NCBI GenBank assembly: GCA_001873945.1
Contig: MNYI01000174.1
Coordinates: forward strand, 1 to 47,684
Length of the DNA stretch: 47,684 nucleotides
DNA from: Candidatus Desantisbacteria bacterium CG2_30_40_21
Lineage (GTDB): Bacteria; UBA9089; CG2-30-40-21
Reading direction: 5' to 3'
Position 1 is the first letter of the stretch. Each line of letters begins with the position of its first letter. The notes under the pieces are model-generated. The model searched no databases. It saw nothing but the letters and a program-made list of their open reading frames with translations, and was not told where the DNA came from. Shown in pieces: positions 43,548-47,684 of this stretch. A program made the position numbers and the translations under genes.

Positions 43548-43869
43548 TCTGTGATATGTCCTCTTCTGACTGGGGATAGGGGGTGGGAAAAATGGAAAAA
43601 TGGGGACAGCGCCCTATTTTTAGAAGAAAAAATAGGGCGCTGTCCCCATTTTTCCCAGCCTTCAATCCAATAGTTCCAAAACCAAACTCCTCAAGTGCAC
43701 AGAGAATATGCTGAGCATTTTGCGAATCAGGATGTACAAGAATGTCGATATCACCTGTATATCGTGGAACTCCATGATATGCAAGTGCGTATGCACCAAC
43801 TATCATGTAATCAACTTTATGTGCGTTGAATAACGCAAGCAGATCTCTGAAGTCTGACTGAACTTCCAT
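43522..43869 (-). pseudogene. nucleotidyltransferase-fold protein fragment; 3' part replaced by a palindromic element
   Basis: First ~70 aa (FRDLLALFNAHKVDYMIVGAYALAYHGVPRYTGDIDILV..ALEEFGF) look like a small nucleotidyltransferase. From ~43655 downward the ORF reads through element 43595-43654 and overlaps the holA 3' end. Confidence 0.5.
43595..43654. mobile_element. family F palindromic element, perfect 27-bp stem / 6-nt loop
   Basis: GAAAAATGGGGACAGCGCCCTATTTTT agaaga AAAAATAGGGCGCTGTCCCCATTTTTC. Partial copies at 44142-44177 and 44994-45024. Confidence 0.85.
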
Positions 43870-44005
43870 TGTATTGTTTCCTCAAAAACTCAACGGCTGC
43901 AACTCGTTCTTCCGGACTCTTAGATAACCAGTAAGTAAGGTTATCCTTGATTTCGGAGTAGTCGCTTAAGTTAACTTTCTTTACAACTTTCTGAATCATG
44001 ATCAT
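43817..44005 (-). CDS. small hypothetical protein preceding the nucleotidyltransferase fragment
   Basis: 62 aa: ..YWLSKSPEERVAAVEFLRKQY......RLQR.. Overlaps the downstream ORF by 53 nt in another frame. Confidence 0.4.
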   Translation of the reverse strand: MIMIQKVVKKVNLSDYSEIKDNLTYWLSKSPEERVAAVEFLRKQYNGSSVRLQRSACVIQRT

Positions 44006-44096
44006 CTTCCTCGCATTTTAATCAGCCGTACAATTCCGTTTCTATCGCTTGTCTTTGAGCGTTAGACATCTGTATTACTCACTAAATAAATCTGTA

Positions 44097-44177
44097 TTCC
44101 TGCCGGAGTTTACCCTCGTGAAACTTGTCTTCACGAAAGTGGAAAATGGGGAAAATAGGGCGCTGTCCCCATTTTTC
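44097..44177. repeat. composite repeat: half family E element fused to partial family F element
   Basis: ATTCCTGCCGGAGTTTACCCTCGTGAAACTTGTCTTCACGAAAGTGG matches the reverse complement of 27311-27375. It is followed by GAAAATGGGGAAAATAGGGCGCTGTCCCCATTTTTC, ending in the cyclophilin stop codon. Confidence 0.65.
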
Positions 44178-44868
44178 ATTTCCCCGGCATACTCATTACC
44201 GTTACAGTCATAGCTATCTTTTCTAATGGATTATCCTGCGAATCTTTCTGGGCATTGACTATTTTATCCACAGCACTCATCCCATCTATCACCTCTCCAA
44301 AGACCGTATATTGCTTATCCAGAAATGTAGCTGGTGCCACACAGATAAAGAATTGAGAACCAGCACTATTTGGGTCATTAGATCTCGCCATGGAAACAAT
44401 GCCTCGTTGATGAGAACGACTGTTAAATTCAGCATTGATAGTATAACCAGGACCACCTAATCCATCATTCGAACGATCATCGTCCTTAGTATTAGGATCA
44501 CCGCCCTGGATCATAAATCCGGGTATAACCCGATGAAAGGTTGTGTTATTGTAAAATCCTTGTCTGGCAAGTTTTTTGAAATTCTGGACATGATTTGTGG
44601 CATCCTCTTCAAAAAATCTAATTTGTATCTTACCAAACTTAGTGTCAATAACAGCTATTTCTTCTGTTTTCTTTTCAGGTATTTCTTCCTTTATCTCTTC
44701 TTTAATCATGGTACTTGCTCCTTTTTCTTGCGTTTGCGTGCCTGCTATTTCTTGATGAGTTATATCTGCAACTATATCCGTTTGTTTTTCTGTCACCGCT
44801 TTTTTGGCACATCCCATTGAAGCCCATGTAAATAATAGGCATATAAAATAAACACTCAATCTTTTCAT
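44176..44868 (-). CDS. cyclophilin-type peptidyl-prolyl cis-trans isomerase, lipoprotein
   Basis: Lipobox ..WASMGC, a Glu/Lys-rich linker, then FHRVIPGFMIQGGDP..SMAR...PNSAGSQFFI. ATG 44868 after AAGGAGGA. Confidence 0.85.
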   Translation of the reverse strand: MKRLSVYFICLLFTWASMGCAKKAVTEKQTDIVADITHQEIAGTQTQEKGASTMIKEEIKEEIPEKKTEEIAVIDTKFGKIQIRFFEEDATNHVQNFKKLARQGFYNNTTFHRVIPGFMIQGGDPNTKDDDRSNDGLGGPGYTINAEFNSRSHQRGIVSMARSNDPNSAGSQFFICVAPATFLDKQYTVFGEVIDGMSAVDKIVNAQKDSQDNPLEKIAMTVTVMSMPGK

Positions 44869-45021
44869 GTAAATCCTCCTTGTGTTTGACATTTCCTAAG
44901 ATTATACCATAAAGTATTAAAATGTCAAGTAAAAAGATTTGGACTGTCAGGGCAAACCGCACCCTAAATTTTTGCCGGATATTTTCCTCCACCGGGGGGA
45001 ATAGGGTGCTGTCCCATTTTC

Positions 45022-46221
45022 TCACATCCCTAATAAGTGTCCTAATTTCTCTTGTTTTGTCTGAAGATAGAACAGGTTATTTTTTGTTGGCGGTATGATA
45101 ATATGTACTCGTTCTACAACAGAAAGTCCATATCCTTCTAATCCAATAATTTTCCGAGGATTATTGGTCATGAGCCGTATTGTTGAAAGGCCAAGATCGG
45201 ATAATATCTGGGCACCAATCCCATAGTCCCTGAGATCTGGCTTGAATCCAAGCCTTTGATTGGCTTCAACCGTATCAAAGCCCTCATCCTGAATAGAGTA
45301 AGCCCTGAGTTTATTAATTAGACCAATACCTCTTCCCTCTTGAAGCAGATACAGCAGTACACCACAACCTTCCTCTTCTATCATGTTCATTGCTTGAACA
45401 AATTGTTGCCCACAATCGCATCTCTGAGATTTGAAGAGATCACCGGTAAGGCATTGGGAATGTACTCGTACCAGAACATTAGCTTTATTTTCAACACATC
45501 CCTTTACTAAGGCAATATGATGCTGGGTATCAAGCACTGATTCATAGCCTATAATAGTAAAATCACCAAAATCTGTAGGCAATTTTGTTTCAGTGACTCT
45601 TTTCACTAACTTTTCCGTTCTTCGTCGATAAGCAATAAGGTCAGCAATGGATATTATCTTCAGATTTCGTTTCTCTGCTACCTCAATCAGCTTTGGAAGC
45701 CTGGCCATGTTGCCATCCTCATCCATGATCTCACATATTACCCCGGCTGGATAAAGTCCAGCCAGTCTTGAGAGATCTACGGCTGCCTCTGTATGACCTG
45801 TTCGTTTTAATACACCACCCTCCTGTGCCCTTAATGGAAAGATGTGTCCTGGTCTGGAAAGATCATTTGATCTGGTTTTTTGGTCCAAAACGCATTTAAT
45901 GGTTGCGGCTCGATCATAGGCAGATATTCCGGTAGTCGTTGTAAATTTGGCATCTATGGATACAGTAAATGCTGTCTCCCGAACATCAGAGGATCCGCTA
46001 ACCATAGGGTTTAATCCTAATTCATCTAATCGTGCTCCAATGATAGGTAAGCAGATAAGCCCCCGGCCATATTTTGCCATAAAATTTATTGCCTCTGGCG
46101 TAGCCTTTTCAGCTGCCATCAGCATATCACCCTCATTTTCCCGATCCTCGTCATCAACGACAATCAGCATCCGACCTGCCTTTATTTCTTCAATAGCCTC
46201 TGGAATAGATGCAAATGGCAT
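45022..46221 (-). CDS. ribBA: bifunctional 3,4-dihydroxy-2-butanone-4-phosphate synthase / GTP cyclohydrolase II
   Basis: [13 protein letters not shown].. (RibB) and ..[11 protein letters not shown]....RCDCG.. (RibA). ATG 46221 lies 6 nt after GAGGTG. Confidence 0.9.
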   Translation of the reverse strand: MPFASIPEAIEEIKAGRMLIVVDDEDRENEGDMLMAAEKATPEAINFMAKYGRGLICLPIIGARLDELGLNPMVSGSSDVRETAFTVSIDAKFTTTTGISAYDRAATIKCVLDQKTRSNDLSRPGHIFPLRAQEGGVLKRTGHTEAAVDLSRLAGLYPAGVICEIMDEDGNMARLPKLIEVAEKRNLKIISIADLIAYRRRTEKLVKRVTETKLPTDFGDFTIIGYESVLDTQHHIALVKGCVENKANVLVRVHSQCLTGDLFKSQRCDCGQQFVQAMNMIEEEGCGVLLYLLQEGRGIGLINKLRAYSIQDEGFDTVEANQRLGFKPDLRDYGIGAQILSDLGLSTIRLMTNNPRKIIGLEGYGLSVVERVHIIIPPTKNNLFYLQTKQEKLGHLLGM

Positions 46222-46349
46222 AAATATCACCTCAAAATAGATTGTATGATTAGTAACAGTTTAACCTTATCACCAATTATACATCATTTGATAAAAGAAG
46301 TCAACTAAAATGTAACGCAGCTGAATATTCAGGAATATGCAAAATATCC

Positions 46350-46378
46350 TTGACAATTCGCAACACTTTGATTATACT
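46350..46378 (+). promoter_or_regulatory. near-consensus sigma70 promoter only ~10 nt upstream of the hemA ATG
   Basis: TTGACA (46350-46355), 17-nt spacer, TATACT (46373-46378). hemA ATG at 46388, with no SD in between. Confidence 0.5.
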
Positions 46379-46387
46379 ATATAAATC

Positions 46388-47404
46388 ATGAGAATTTTTA
46401 CCTTTGGATTAAGTCATCATACTGCTGGGATAGAGATACGGGAACAGGTTGCCGTGGAAGGGGACAGGGCTGATGAGGTTTTAAGACTTCTTCATGGTAT
46501 TGCTTGCGAAGTAGTCTTTGTTTCCACCTGTAATCGAACTGAAGTCTATGGGATTTTTAAGGGGACCAAGGAAGAAACGAGGCATAACCTCATTTCTGTT
46601 TTTAGTCAATACTCAAAACTTCCCTTTGAGATTCTTGAAGAAAAAAGCTATTTTTCTATTGACCATGAGGCAATAAGGCACTTATTTCGAGTAATATCCA
46701 GTCTGGATTCGATGGTTGTTGGTGAAAATCAGATAACTGGTCAGATAAAGGCTGCCTATAACCTTGCTAAACAGCATCACACTGTGGGACCAATCCTTCA
46801 TCAATTATTTTCTCATGCCTTTTCCGTGGTAAAAGGGGTAAAAACAAAAACAGGTATTGGCAGGGGAGCTGTTTCTGTAAGTTCTATTGCTGTTGATCTG
46901 GCAGAGGATATTCTTGATGGTCTTGCTGGCAAGACAGCCATGATTATTGGTGCTGGCAAGACAAGCAAACTAACCCTTAAACACCTTATCTCTCATGAAT
47001 GCAGTACTATTCTGGTAACTAATCGTTCCTTTGAACAGGCACAACGATTGGCTGAAGAATTCTCTGGCAAAGCAATCAGATTCGATGACTTTTTATGCGA
47101 AATGCAGTTCGTAGATATTATCATCTCCTCCACCTCTGCTCCACATCATATTATCAAATATCAACAAGCCCTAGTTGTTATGAATAAAAGGGCTAATCGT
47201 CCTCTGCTTTTTATTGATCTTGCTGTCCCCAGGGATATTCCAGAAGAGATACTGGAAATAGATGGTGTCTTTCTCTATACCATAGATGACTTAAATATTG
47301 TCGCAGAAAATAATCTCGCCAAAAGAAGGGCAGAGGTATTAAAGGCAGAAGGTTTAATTGAGCAGCATATGGTTGGGTTGGATAAATTTTTTTATAGGGG
47401 ATAG
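46388..47404 (+). CDS. hemA: glutamyl-tRNA reductase, C-terminally short
   Basis: FGLSHHTAGIEIRE.., ..VSTCNRTEVY.., ..VVGENQITGQIK.., NADPH-domain IIGAGKTS. 338 aa; the stop TAG (47402-47404) abuts a family G element. Confidence 0.85.
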   Translation: MRIFTFGLSHHTAGIEIREQVAVEGDRADEVLRLLHGIACEVVFVSTCNRTEVYGIFKGTKEETRHNLISVFSQYSKLPFEILEEKSYFSIDHEAIRHLFRVISSLDSMVVGENQITGQIKAAYNLAKQHHTVGPILHQLFSHAFSVVKGVKTKTGIGRGAVSVSSIAVDLAEDILDGLAGKTAMIIGAGKTSKLTLKHLISHECSTILVTNRSFEQAQRLAEEFSGKAIRFDDFLCEMQFVDIIISSTSAPHHIIKYQQALVVMNKRANRPLLFIDLAVPRDIPEEILEIDGVFLYTIDDLNIVAENNLAKRRAEVLKAEGLIEQHMVGLDKFFYRG

Positions 47405-47598
47405 TAACTACTCAGGTAAAGTAATTCACCACGGAGAACACATAAGTTGATAGGTTGATATGTTGATGAGTTTATAGATTAAAGGAACACAGATTCATAA
47501 TTCATAAACATTTCCTATCAATTCATCCACTTATCAACCCATCAACTATTCAACTTATCAACTTTTTGTGTTTTCGTGCCTTTGTGGTGAGTAGTTAC
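47404..47598. mobile_element. MITE-like element, family G, full copy; a second terminus starts at 47607
   Basis: GTAACTACTCAGG .. CACCACGGAGAACACA .. internal GTTGATAGGTTGATATGTTGATGAG / CTTATCAACCCATCAACTATTCAACTTATCAAC arms .. TGTGTTTTCGTGCCTTTGTGGTGAGTAGTTAC. Confidence 0.7.
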
Positions 47599-47684
47599 AT
47601 GTAAGCGTAACTACTCAAGGGTAGCCAGAATACAGATTCTTCATCTTAGGAAGTGCAATACCCATGAATAAAAATGCAGCTATA

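Noticed and set aside
46231-46349. Possible FMN (RFN) riboswitch upstream of ribBA
   Set aside because: The ~130-nt leader on the minus strand is AT-rich. It lacks the conserved GC-rich RFN core segments I would expect, and no convincing multi-stem structure is seen.

Overview
47.7-kb chromosomal segment from an AT-rich bacterium. It appears to be diderm (TolC, FadL-type OMP, RND pump) and anaerobic (4-subunit 2-oxoacid:ferredoxin oxidoreductase, several radical SAM and Hdr-like Fe-S proteins). The taxon cannot be assigned from sequence alone. Housekeeping genes (aspS, pabB-like, cinA/pncC, trpC, holA, ribBA, hemA, porGDAB, cyclophilin, M16 protease) alternate with accessory blocks. The main block of interest is a 17-gene, single-strand cluster (478-11053). 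It combines a GcvH-like lipoate-binding protein, its own lipoylation genes (an LplA ligase fused to a DUF116-like Cys-rich domain, and a LipS-type radical SAM), and a membrane-anchored HdrD/DsrMK-like CCG iron-sulfur protein with a one-CCG paralogue. It also carries an atypical, frame-broken DsrC/TusE homologue, two TusA, eight DsrE/F/H paralogues and an Rrf2 regulator. I do not recognise this combination as a described system; it lacks sHdrA/B/C and DsrAB within the window. Other accessory content: a small TA/defence islet (orphan antitoxin, HigBA, GmrSD-like DUF262/DUF1524 enzyme, PIN toxin followed by a Phd-like antitoxin); a MarR-TolC-MFP-RND efflux operon interrupted by a YhcG/DUF1016 PD-(D/E)xK nuclease gene; and a DUF362 / B12-radical SAM pair. 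The window holds at least seven families of MITE-like palindromic elements. One is nested inside another, some sit between cistrons of the sulfur operon, some abut stop codons, one disrupts a gene, and a heptamer repeat also occurs in frame inside pabB. Two genes (LysR regulator, DsrC-like) are broken at poly-A runs in a way one extra A would repair, so homopolymer sequencing error must be considered. No rRNA, tRNA or CRISPR array was found.
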